NCBI GenBank assembly: GCA_013416795.1
Contig: RQSC01000750.1
Coordinates: forward strand, 1-27,548
DNA: 27,548 bases
Source: Prasinococcaceae sp. CCMP 1430
Taxonomy: Eukaryota > Plantae > Prasinodermophyta
Direction: 5' to 3'
Numbering within the stretch: position 1 is the stretch's first letter; each line of letters begins with the position of its first letter. Below the pieces are notes generated by a model. The model worked only from the letters and a program-made list of their open reading frames with translations. It did no database searches and was not told the origin of the DNA. Positions 1 through 8,501 of the stretch are shown piece by piece. A program made the position numbers and the translations under genes.

Positions 1-2
1 CG

Positions 3-323
3 GGGGCGGGGGGGCGAGCGGGCGAGGCGACGACGGCGACGGTGTCTTCGGACGCGCGCGATGCGAGCGCTGGCGTCGAGGGCGACGTCGCGGCGGGGGC
101 GGACCAGTCCCAGTCGCGCGTGCGCGGCACGGTGACGATGTACGACTGGCGGCGCGGCTTCGGCTTCCTCGAGCTCGAGGGCGACGGGGCGTCCGAAGGC
201 GGGGGGTACGAGGAGGGCGGGGCGGCTGCCAGTCGAAAGGCCACCGAGCGCCTGGGCCGCGCGCCCCGGGCCCGCCAGCCGGACGACGAGGGGCCACAAG
301 CAGCACAAGCTGGCCACGGATAA
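3..323 (+). CDS. 3' end of a protein with a partial cold-shock-domain-like motif (5' end outside the window)
   Basis: The frame is open from the window edge to TAA at 321-323. VRGTVTMYDWRRGFGFLELEG resembles CSD strands beta1-beta2 with the RNP1-like GFGF motif. The rest of the domain (RNP2) is not evident. Confidence 0.45.
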   Translation, partial: GAGGRAGEATTATVSSDARDASAGVEGDVAAGADQSQSRVRGTVTMYDWRRGFGFLELEGDGASEGGGYEEGGAAASRKATERLGRAPRARQPDDEGPQAAQAGHG

Positions 324-486
324 CGCGCGCTCCGGGGAACCCTGCGGCGCGCGCCCGCCCCGCCGAAGTGCAATCTCCCGTGGGTACATCAAACCACAAA
401 ACGAACCAAAATTCAATTTCGCGTCAATTGGAACAATTCGCTGCCCTTCCGCGTTTCGTTTCGCCCGCGCGACGCGGGGCGCTCGC

Positions 487-1491
487 GTGCGTTGCGAGGC
501 GCGCGGGCGCGCGGCGCGCACCTTTCGGCGCGCGATTTGGACGCGAGCAGCGGCGGCGGCGGACGAGCCGCAGCCGCGCGTGGTGCCGCGACCGCCCGGC
601 GCGCCCATCTCGCTGCTGCGCCGCGTGTTCGTGGTCGTGCCGGCGCTGGGAGCGAGGACAGCGCTGCCTTGGGTGAAAGGAGGGACCGAGGCGGCCGTCT
701 TCGTGTGCTGTCTGCTTCCGTTGTACTTGCTCATGTTGTGCACATTCGCTCTTGTCGTGGATGGGGGGTCGACAATCAGCATCGGCGAGGCCGCCACAGA
801 GGCCTATGAAGTCTCTTTCGGGCCGTGGGCGCGGGCTCTGCTCACCGCCGTCAACTTTGCCGTCATGTTCTGGTTCATGTCTTTCGTCAGGCGCTGTTGT
901 GGCAACGCGCTCACCGCCATCCACGGGGATGCTAGCTCGGGCGGCCATGTCGGCGCAGGCATTGCTACGAGTGCGCAGCTTCGATGGCCGTGGCGACCGC
1001 TGCACTCGTTCTGCGGGCGACTGACCGACGTCGCGGCGAGCGTAGGCCGCGTGGGCTGGGGATACCGGCTCCTGTGCGCATTGGAGTCGAGCGCCATCCT
1101 CCTTTGGTGTCTCGAGCGCACCAACTGGGAGCCCCTCGAGTGCGCGTTCTGGAACAGCTGGAGTTTCGAGGGCCTCGATGCGGCGAGCAGCGCTGTGTGC
1201 ACCCTTGCGGTCGTCGTGAGCATGCTCTTATTGGGTGCAAGCCCGTGGTTGAAACGCTGGCGGGCGAAAGCGAGCGAGCTCCGTGCTGCGAACGCAGCCC
1301 CTCGTATGCATTGGTTTGACCGTGCCCTCGCATTGGCGGCTTTGGGGGCTGTGCTCATGAGCTATGGCGTGGTGCCAGCGACGAGCGAACTTCTTGACGG
1401 CCTCCGTGACATGGCGCTCGGAACATTCGCCTTCTTCAGCCTCTGTAGACGGCTGGACGGGCCCGCGGGAGTGCACGCCGCGGCACAATGA
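487..1491 (+). CDS. Hypothetical multi-pass membrane protein (start uncertain; first in-frame ATG at 733)
   Basis: Long ORF with about 5-6 hydrophobic segments (e.g. AAVFVCCLLPLYLLMLCTFALVV, ALLTAVNFAVMFWFMSFV, AVCTLAVVVSMLLLGA, ALALAALGAVLMSYGVV). No family recognised. Confidence 0.5.
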   Translation: MRCEARGRAARTFRRAIWTRAAAAADEPQPRVVPRPPGAPISLLRRVFVVVPALGARTALPWVKGGTEAAVFVCCLLPLYLLMLCTFALVVDGGSTISIGEAATEAYEVSFGPWARALLTAVNFAVMFWFMSFVRRCCGNALTAIHGDASSGGHVGAGIATSAQLRWPWRPLHSFCGRLTDVAASVGRVGWGYRLLCALESSAILLWCLERTNWEPLECAFWNSWSFEGLDAASSAVCTLAVVVSMLLLGASPWLKRWRAKASELRAANAAPRMHWFDRALALAALGAVLMSYGVVPATSELLDGLRDMALGTFAFFSLCRRLDGPAGVHAAAQ

Positions 1492-1777
1492 GACATAATG
1501 ATACTTTCTCTTACCGCCTGGCGATGTCCTGACGCGCGTGTGCTTTCGCCCCGTCCGCCGTGCTTGGCGCTTGATTGAAGCAGCCGCGCTTGCGCACGCA
1601 ATTGAGGCGCGCACGGTCGGATGGGGACACACACAGCAGGGTGCGCTCTCTCGCTGACATCGGTCCCATCTGCAAATGAATTCGAGCCTGATGGCATGGC
1701 GTGCCCTGCTGCCCACTCACAGCTCACAGCGTCAGTGCGCGGTCGCGCGCTGTCAGGCGACCGCCCCGAAAGTGCTC

Positions 1778-3495
1778 CTATGCCTGCATGACATTGACGG
1801 CGCTGTCGTCTCGCCCCCCCGCCATGCCATCGTCTTGCATGAACGCCATGATCGCCTCCGCCACCTCTGCGGGTGCCTCATCATGCGGGCAGTGCCCGGC
1901 CTCGAGACCTACGAGCGTGATGTCGCCAGGCGGGCAGTGCGGCGCTGCGTCGGCACGATCGTACACGCGCCCATACAGCTGGAACCTCGGGCGCGCCTGG
2001 TTCCCGCCCAGGGGGTCGTTGAGGCCCTGGCACACGAGCACGCGCCCTCCGTAGGTCTCGAGGAGCTCGTTCTTGGAGATGGGCATCGGCAGCTTGGCGC
2101 CGCTGGTGAGCACATTCACCGCGCCGGGGTCGTTCGAGTCGCGCAGGATGCCGCCGCACAGGAGGTCGTCCACGGCATCAGGGTTGTTCGGATATACCTT
2201 CACGCAGATCGACTTGATGTTGGGCTGCAGGTACATGAAGAGCGCCTTCCCACCCAGCTCGAGCACCCACGCGGGCGGCGGCTTGAGGGCGGGGAGCACC
2301 GACGCACCCTTGGCAGCCATCGTCGCGCGCAGCGTGAAGCCACCGCGGCGCTCGCGCTCCGCCGCCTCCTCCTCCCGTGGCAACAGTCGGCCGGCCGAGT
2401 TCAGCAACACGAGCCCCAGCACCTCCGACGGCCCCATCGCCGCCGCCGCCGACGCCGCCGTGTAGCCGCCGATCGAGTTCCCTGCGAGATAGTGCGGCAC
2501 GCCCACCACCTGCCGCCCGAAGTCGACCACCGACTGCTCCCACAGATACTGCGTGTACGAGATAGCGGGCTTCTGGGCATGGCCGAAGCCCGGTAGGTCG
2601 ACGGCATACACTCGCCTGCCGCTGGCGGCCATCTCCGCGGTGAGGTCGTCCCACTGGTCGGCGCTGGCGCCGAAGCCGTGCACGCACACGAGCGGCGGTG
2701 CGGAGGCGCTGGTCACGGCCGAGGGCGCAGTCACGGCGTACCTGAGCAGGATGCCGTGCCAGCGCCAGTAGCGCACCTCGATCGGCTTGGCGCCGCGCCG
2801 CGCCGCAGCCTCGTCATGCACGGAGCGCTCTTGCAGGTCGGTCCACGCGAGGCGGCGATGCCACTCGGCGGAGTCGATGGCACGCACCGCCGCGGCCGCA
2901 CGCGCGGCCATCGCGGACTGCACCCCCGCCTCCTCGCTCGCGAGCGCCGCGACGCTGTGTCCCAGGCGCGCGATCGGTCCGACGGCCTTCTCGGCAGCTT
3001 CGATGCGCGCCGCCATGAGGTGGCGCGCTCGGCGCGCGCTCACGCAGCCCAGCGCGAGCAGCTCGGAGAAGGTGCGGCTGAAGGCCTCGCCCGCGTTGAG
3101 GGCGCCAGCGGCGGTCGGGCCGCCGCCGTCGGCCGCAACGCAGCGCGCCATGGCCGCGTGCTCGGGGGCAGGCGACGAGCGCGCGCGGTGGCCGACATCG
3201 CCACCGACGGGCAACCACCGCTGCTGGAATACCCTCGCATCCAGGTTGGCGTACTCGTCCAGCAGCGCGAGCGTGCGGCGGGGCCCGCCCTCGTCGGCGC
3301 TGCCGAAGATGTCGTACCCGTCCGGCAGCGGCAAGCCGCCGCGCGCGGAGCGCGCAGCGCCGAGCAGCTCCGAAGCCGAAGGCACGCGGTCGCGTGCCGA
3401 GCCGCCCGCCGGGACGCTTCCGGAGATCGCCGCGATCGCCTCCGGCTCCGGCGGCAGCACGCGCGGCGGGTCCTGGGGCGCCGCCGCCGCGCCCT
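1778..3495 (-). CDS. Photolyase-remnant / alpha-beta hydrolase fusion (At4g25290-like, pheophytinase-related hydrolase); 5' end lost at the N at 3496
   Basis: Hydrolase motifs are VHGFGAS, DLPGFGHAQKP, nucleophile elbow GNSIGG (2465-2482), GLNDP and GHCPHDE (His 1892-1894). The upstream segment LALGCVSARR...SAEWHRRLA...RYWRWHGILLRY matches my recollection of the plant photolyase-domain/hydrolase protein. Confidence 0.85.
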
Positions 3496-3496
3496 N

Positions 3497-4612
3497 CCGA
3501 CAGATTCGTGGCGGTGATGCACTCATACGATGAGGGCGTCACACCCGGCAACACGCTCGCAGTGCAGACAGACAAGCCCTTCACGGCCCTGCAAAAGTTT
3601 GGCACAGCGTTCCTGAACAAGTTCGTCGCCTCCAACTGCCCCGCGGAGCTGCTGGAGCACGTGACCCTCATCGACACGCCCGGCGTGCTCAGCGGCGAGA
3701 AGCAGCGCATCGAGCGCAGCTACGATTTCTCCGCAGCGGTTGAGTGGTTCGCAGAACGCTCCGATCTCATATTGTTGCTGTTCGACCCGCACAAGCTAGA
3801 CATCTCTGATGAGTTCAAGCGGGCGATAGGCGCGGTGCGCATGGCGAGCGACGACAAGGTGCGCGTGGTGCTCAACAAGGCCGACCAGGTGAGCACGCAG
3901 CAGCTCATGAGAGTGTATGGGGCCCTCATGTGGTCCCTCTCTCGCGTGGTCCGCACGCCCGAAGTGCTCCGCGTATACATCGGCAACTTCAGGGACGCAG
4001 AGTACATGGTGAAGGACAACGCCGACTTACTCGATCGCGAGGTGCGTACGACGCCACGTTAGCTCTACCAGTGGCCGAGAGGCGAATGGCTCTATTTGCA
4101 CGTGCGCCCCCGCCGCTGCGCGCAGCAACTTGTTGAACTTGAATATTGAACGCGCGCGCAAAAGGGCGGAAAGGCGCCGCGGGTCGTCTGTCACTCGACA
4201 GGCCTTTGCCGCTCGGCGGCTCTGCGGGGTGCCAGCCTCCGCCAGCCTCCGCCAGCCCGCTTTCGTGCGTGATTGCATGTGTGATGATTTGCATGCGTAA
4301 ATATCTAACGCGCCGATCAAACGACGAAACTACGCACGGACGGGTGGCGCGGGCGTGCCCTCCGATCCAACTGATCCCATCGACCATCGGCGGCGCGCAC
4401 TGGCACCGTCACAGCGCGATGACCTCCTGAACGATCTGTACGACCTTCCGCGTCGCAACGGCGCGCGCGAGATATTATTCTCCTCCGCTCCGTGTTTTTT
4501 TGGTGCGCCTCGAACCTCGACAGACATACGTACAGTAATATTGCACCGCACCGCACCGGGCTGTACAGTACATACAGTTCACTGTAGGACTACAATAAAA
4601 CCAAAAATCTAA
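3497..4612 (+). pseudogene. EHD: EHD/RME-1 family dynamin-like ATPase fragment, join(<3497..4041,4415..4612); family similarity ends at about 4459
   Basis: (T)DRFVAVM, PGN, DTPGVLSGEKQR, FDPHKLDISDEF, VVLNKAD and LMRVYGALMWSL are EHD G-domain motifs. Phase-0 intron 4042-4414 (GTGCGT...CTGAT...CAG). Exon 2 reads RDDLLNDLYDLPRRN, then unrelated sequence to TAA at 4610-4612. Confidence 0.8.
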
Positions 4613-4636
4613 AAAAAAACAAATCTACAGTAAAGA

Positions 4637-4663
4637 AATCAAAATCAAAATCAAAATCAAAAC
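4637..4663. repeat. (CAAAAT)n hexamer tandem in an AT-rich island
   Basis: AAAT-CAAAAT-CAAAAT-CAAAAT-CAAAAC read directly from the sequence. Confidence 0.9.
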
Positions 4664-4938
4664 GCAACCAAAAACGAACGGAGAGAGAGGGCCGCGAATT
4701 ATAATGGGACGGCGCCGCGAGAGCGCGCCACGTACGTCTCTCCCAGGCAGCCGCACGCGGACGCGGACGCCCGGGCGCGCTGCACTTCGGTCGGTTGGTG
4801 GGTCGCTGCATGGCTCACTCACCTCCCACCCCCGGCCGCGATGTCCACCGACCCACCGAGCCATATGCCCAGCCGGCCAGCCAGTCACTGCTGCGGCTGC
4901 AGCAGCGCTCCCCGACTGACAACACACGCACACACGCG

Positions 4939-4970
<32 letters not shown>
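4939..4970. repeat. (GACA)8 microsatellite
   Basis: Eight perfect GACA units. Confidence 0.95.
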
Positions 4971-5238
4971 CGCAGGCAGACACAGAGATACACAGAGAGA
5001 GACTGCTGGCGGGCAGGCGGACAGCCCAGCCGCAAACGACTTTTCCTTGCTCACGAGCTCGCTGCTCACCGGAGCGCCGACCGAAGCACACACAACCCAA
5101 CCCACCCGCCCACCCCGGGTCAGGCCGCGGGAAAACTGTTTCGGATTCGTGGGCCCGACGTTCGTCGGAGGAATTGGCTTGTTGGTGCGATGCGGGAGCG
5201 GATCGGGGATTGCGCGTAGGGCCTGCGGCGGGTGGCGG

Positions 5239-5260
5239 CGCGCGCGCGCGCGCGCGCGCG
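5239..5260. repeat. (CG)11 tract
   Basis: Perfect alternating CG run. Confidence 0.9.
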
Positions 5261-5357
5261 GGGGAGTGAGCGAGAGGACGTGTGTGTGTGAGTGTGCGCG
5301 TGTGGTTGGTGTTGCGTGGGGGGAGGGGAGGGGTTGTGTGCGCTGGGGCGTGGGTGG

Positions 5358-5692
5358 NNNNNNNNNNNNNNNNNNNNNNNNNNNNNNNNNNNNNNNNNNN
5401 NNNNNNNNNNNNNNNNNNNNNNNNNNNNNNNNNNNNNNNNNNNNNNNNNNNNNNNNNNNNNNNNNNNNNNNNNNNNNNNNNNNNNNNNNNNNNNNNNNNN
5501 NNNNNNNNNNNNNNNNNNNNNNNNNNNNNNNNNNNNNNNNNNNNNNNNNNNNNNNNNNNNNNNNNNNNNNNNNNNNNNNNNNNNNNNNNNNNNNNNNNNN
5601 NNNNNNNNNNNNNNNNNNNNNNNNNNNNNNNNNNNNNNNNNNNNNNNNNNNNNNNNNNNNNNNNNNNNNNNNNNNNNNNNNNNNNNNNNNNN
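5358..5692. other. Assembly gap (335 N) covering the 5' end of the PPR gene
   Basis: Run of N; the coding frame is already open at 5693. Confidence 0.98.
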
Positions 5693-8308
5693 CGCGCCGC
5701 GGCCGTCGCGGCCCTCGAGGTCCAGGCGGCCGCGGTCGACGTCATGCTGGGCGAAGGGCAGGGCGCCGACGGCGACGCGGGCGGCGCGCCGCTGCTCGCG
5801 ACGTGGCAGTGGGCGAGCGTGTTCGCGGAGATCGGCGCCAGCGCGAACAGCGGCGAGGACGGCTTCGACAGCGACGTCGTGGCGGAGCGCGTGGAGAAGC
5901 TCGCGGAACGCCGCGCGGCCGCGCACGGCGGCAAGCTGCCGCCCACGCTGCTTGGCGCGGCGATGGTTGCGTGTGGAGAGAAGGCCGGCTGCGGCCGGCC
6001 GGGCAGCGCCGTGGACCTGTTCGAGCGCTGCGAGGAGCTCTGCGGACGGCCGCCGACGCGGCACGTCCTGCTCAGCGCTTGCCGTGCCGCGCGCGGCTCA
6101 AAGAGGGCGCTCGACCAGATATGCAAGAGCGATGTCACCCGCGCGGCGCTGCCGGACGCGTCGGCCGCCACCCAGGCCGAGTGGTACACCATCATGCTCC
6201 GTGCGTACTTCGAGCTCGACGTGTACGGGAGCGCGGTCTCGGTCTACGATGACCTCGTCGCGAAGGTGCAAGCGCGCTTGCACGGGCGGGGTCGAGGCAG
6301 CCACGAGAGCCATAGCAGCGGCGCCGGCTCGAGCGGTGGTGACGACGGCGACGACCCGCTGGCGGCCGCCCGCGCCGAGCTCCTCGAGACCGCCATGCTC
6401 GCATGCTGCCGCCGAGGCAAGCGCCGCGCCGCGCTGCAGCTCTACGCGGACGCGTGCAAGGATGAGAGGAGCGCGCGGAAGTCGACCACGGCGCCGTCGA
6501 AGGGCGGCAGCAGCGGGGCGTTCGCGCTGGGGCCCAACACGCACATGGTGGCCGCCACGACATACGCAGGCATGGGCTCCGCGAAGGAGGCGCAGGCCGC
6601 CGCCGAGCTGTGCTTCGTGGCGGGAATGCCGCCCAATCGAACGCTGCGAGGCCTGACCAAGGCGCTCACGACGCTCTCCAGCAAGGTGAGCGCGAGCGAC
6701 GAGGGCGCCGTGGCTGCGGCGGCCGCCTGCGCTGCCTCTGTCGCCACGCGCACGCTCGATGGCGCGCGCGGGCCCGGAAGCAGCGTGACCCGATCGGTGA
6801 TGGTGCAGATGGCATGCGCGTGCGGCGCTGCCGGCGACCTGGAAACCGCCGTCAGGGTGATTGAGAGCGTCGGCACTCGATCCGCGGGCGCGGCTGCAGG
6901 CGGCGCCGCCGACAGCGGCGAAAGCGCTCGCAGCAGCGGCAGCGAAAACGCGGTCAGTGGCAGCAGCAGCGACGACGACCTCGCCGGCGCATCCGGCGCG
7001 CGCGAGTGGAACTCTCTGCTGTCGGCGGTGGCGTCGCGCGGGCGCGCGGAGCCCGTGCTCGAGCTGCTCGATTTGCTCGAGGAGCACCCCGACGTGCAGC
7101 CCGACGCCGTGTCTTACAACGTGGCTCTCGGCATTGCGCGTCGGGACGGCGACCTGTCGCTCGCGGCCCAGCTGCTCGACCGAATGGCGTCTCAAGGTCT
7201 TCGGCCGGATGAGGCCACGCTCGTGCTGCTCTTCGGCACGTACGGAGCAGCGGGGCGTGCTGCGCTCGCGCCTCCAATGCTCGCCCGCGCGCTCGCGGGC
7301 GGCGTGGACATTACAACGCCCGCGCCGTTCAATGCAGCGCTCTCGTCACCGGGGCATAGTGGCGACGCAAACGTGGCCCGTGAGGTGATGGACCTCTTCG
7401 ACGAACTTCAGAAAACGCAGGCAGGCGCCAAGCAGAACCAGGCGCAGCAGGCGCAAACGGAGCGAACGGATGGAGTTGGCAGCAGCGGCAGCGGCGCTGT
7501 TGACGGCGACAGGGCCAGCGCCCCCGTGGTTGTGCCCGACGAGACGACGTACCTGGCTGCGATTGAGTGCACTGGGCGCGCAGGAGACCTGGAGCACGTG
7601 GGGGAGTTGCTCGCGCGTGCTGAGCGCGAGGGCAAGGCGGTGCCCGAGACGTACGCAAAAGTGATGCTGATGCACACTATTGTCGACAAGCGCAACCCCG
7701 TGGTAGAGACCATGCTCGAGCGCATGCGCGTCGCGGGTGTGCGCCCGAACGAGGGCACGCTCAAGACGAGCATCCTGTGCTACGCACGCGCCAAAGATCT
7801 GTCCTCCGCGGTCGCCCTGAAGGTGAGGTTCGAGGACATGGGGGTGCGCCTGACGGGCGTGGCGTACACCGCGCTTCTGCGCGTGGTGCTCCACGGTGGC
7901 CCGCGATGGGGAGACGCTGCCGTGCAGCTGATCGAGGAGATGGCGGCCAAGCGCGTCGCGCCGCACCGAGGCCCCACGCTGCAGAAGTGCCTCGCCGTCG
8001 CCAAGGTGGGCAACACGACATCGGCGATCTTGTACAAGTGCGCGGCGGCTGCGTCGGCGGCACTCGCGAAGGCACGCGGCGGAGGCGCGGCTGCCGCGTG
8101 GCGGAAGCTCTCGCGCGGCCTCGAGGAGGCCGCTGACGAGCGCGCCGCAGAGGAGGCTGCCAAGCTCGCCAGGGAGATTCGCAAGAGCGCCATGGAGCTC
8201 GAGAGCATTGCTGAGGCGGAGCAGGGCGCGTACGGGGAGGACCTTGCGGGGCTCGCTTCGGCCTACTATAGCGATGCTGACTTCGACGATGGAGCGCTAG
8301 AGCAGTGA
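5693..8308 (+). CDS. Pentatricopeptide repeat (PPR, P-class-like) protein, probably organellar; N-terminus in the gap
   Basis: Uninterrupted ORF of about 870 codons with 35-aa PPR-like units, e.g. REWNSLLSAVASRGRAEPVLELLDLLEEHPDVQPDAVSYNVALGIARRDGDLSLAAQLLDRMASQGLRPDEAT, PDETTYLAAIEC, GVRPNEGT and AYTALLRVV. Confidence 0.85.
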   Translation, partial: RAAAVAALEVQAAAVDVMLGEGQGADGDAGGAPLLATWQWASVFAEIGASANSGEDGFDSDVVAERVEKLAERRAAAHGGKLPPTLLGAAMVACGEKAGCGRPGSAVDLFERCEELCGRPPTRHVLLSACRAARGSKRALDQICKSDVTRAALPDASAATQAEWYTIMLRAYFELDVYGSAVSVYDDLVAKVQARLHGRGRGSHESHSSGAGSSGGDDGDDPLAAARAELLETAMLACCRRGKRRAALQLYADACKDERSARKSTTAPSKGGSSGAFALGPNTHMVAATTYAGMGSAKEAQAAAELCFVAGMPPNRTLRGLTKALTTLSSKVSASDEGAVAAAAACAASVATRTLDGARGPGSSVTRSVMVQMACACGAAGDLETAVRVIESVGTRSAGAAAGGAADSGESARSSGSENAVSGSSSDDDLAGASGAREWNSLLSAVASRGRAEPVLELLDLLEEHPDVQPDAVSYNVALGIARRDGDLSLAAQLLDRMASQGLRPDEATLVLLFGTYGAAGRAALAPPMLARALAGGVDITTPAPFNAALSSPGHSGDANVAREVMDLFDELQKTQAGAKQNQAQQAQTERTDGVGSSGSGAVDGDRASAPVVVPDETTYLAAIECTGRAGDLEHVGELLARAEREGKAVPETYAKVMLMHTIVDKRNPVVETMLERMRVAGVRPNEGTLKTSILCYARAKDLSSAVALKVRFEDMGVRLTGVAYTALLRVVLHGGPRWGDAAVQLIEEMAAKRVAPHRGPTLQKCLAVAKVGNTTSAILYKCAAAASAALAKARGGGAAAAWRKLSRGLEEAADERAAEEAAKLAREIRKSAMELESIAEAEQGAYGEDLAGLASAYYSDADFDDGALEQ

Positions 8309-8389
8309 AGTCGGCGCGCGGCAGCGGCGTAATATTGGGGAGCATTCGTGAGTCAGCACGTGCGGGGCCGGCCCGCGCGCGTCCCTTGT

Positions 8390-8394
8390 TTACA
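8390..8394 (-). terminator. TGTAA poly(A) signal of EXO1
   Basis: TTACA on the + strand, about 110 nt past the EXO1 stop. UGUAA is the known green-algal signal. Confidence 0.6.
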
Positions 8395-8501
8395 AGCGCT
8401 GGTCATGCGTTTAGATCATTAGGCTTTGTGTACAGTGCCGCTGGTGCGTGGTGCGACCAGCAGGCGGCGGTCTCTTTGTTGCGGGAGCGTGGGTGGTGCG
8501 G

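Noticed and set aside
3394-4062. ORF-track proteins crossing single Ns (3394-4062, 1778-3526, 20201-20416)
   Set aside because: Chimeric across assembly joins; only the portion on one side of the N is real.
4281-4374. Possible intronic C/D snoRNA in the EHD intron (GTGATGA...CTGA, 94 nt; TGCCCTCC is complementary to an 18S GGAGGGCA segment)
   Set aside because: No terminal stem, only 8 nt of contiguous complementarity, and the CTGA doubles as the branch point. An Rfam or snoScan hit would be needed.
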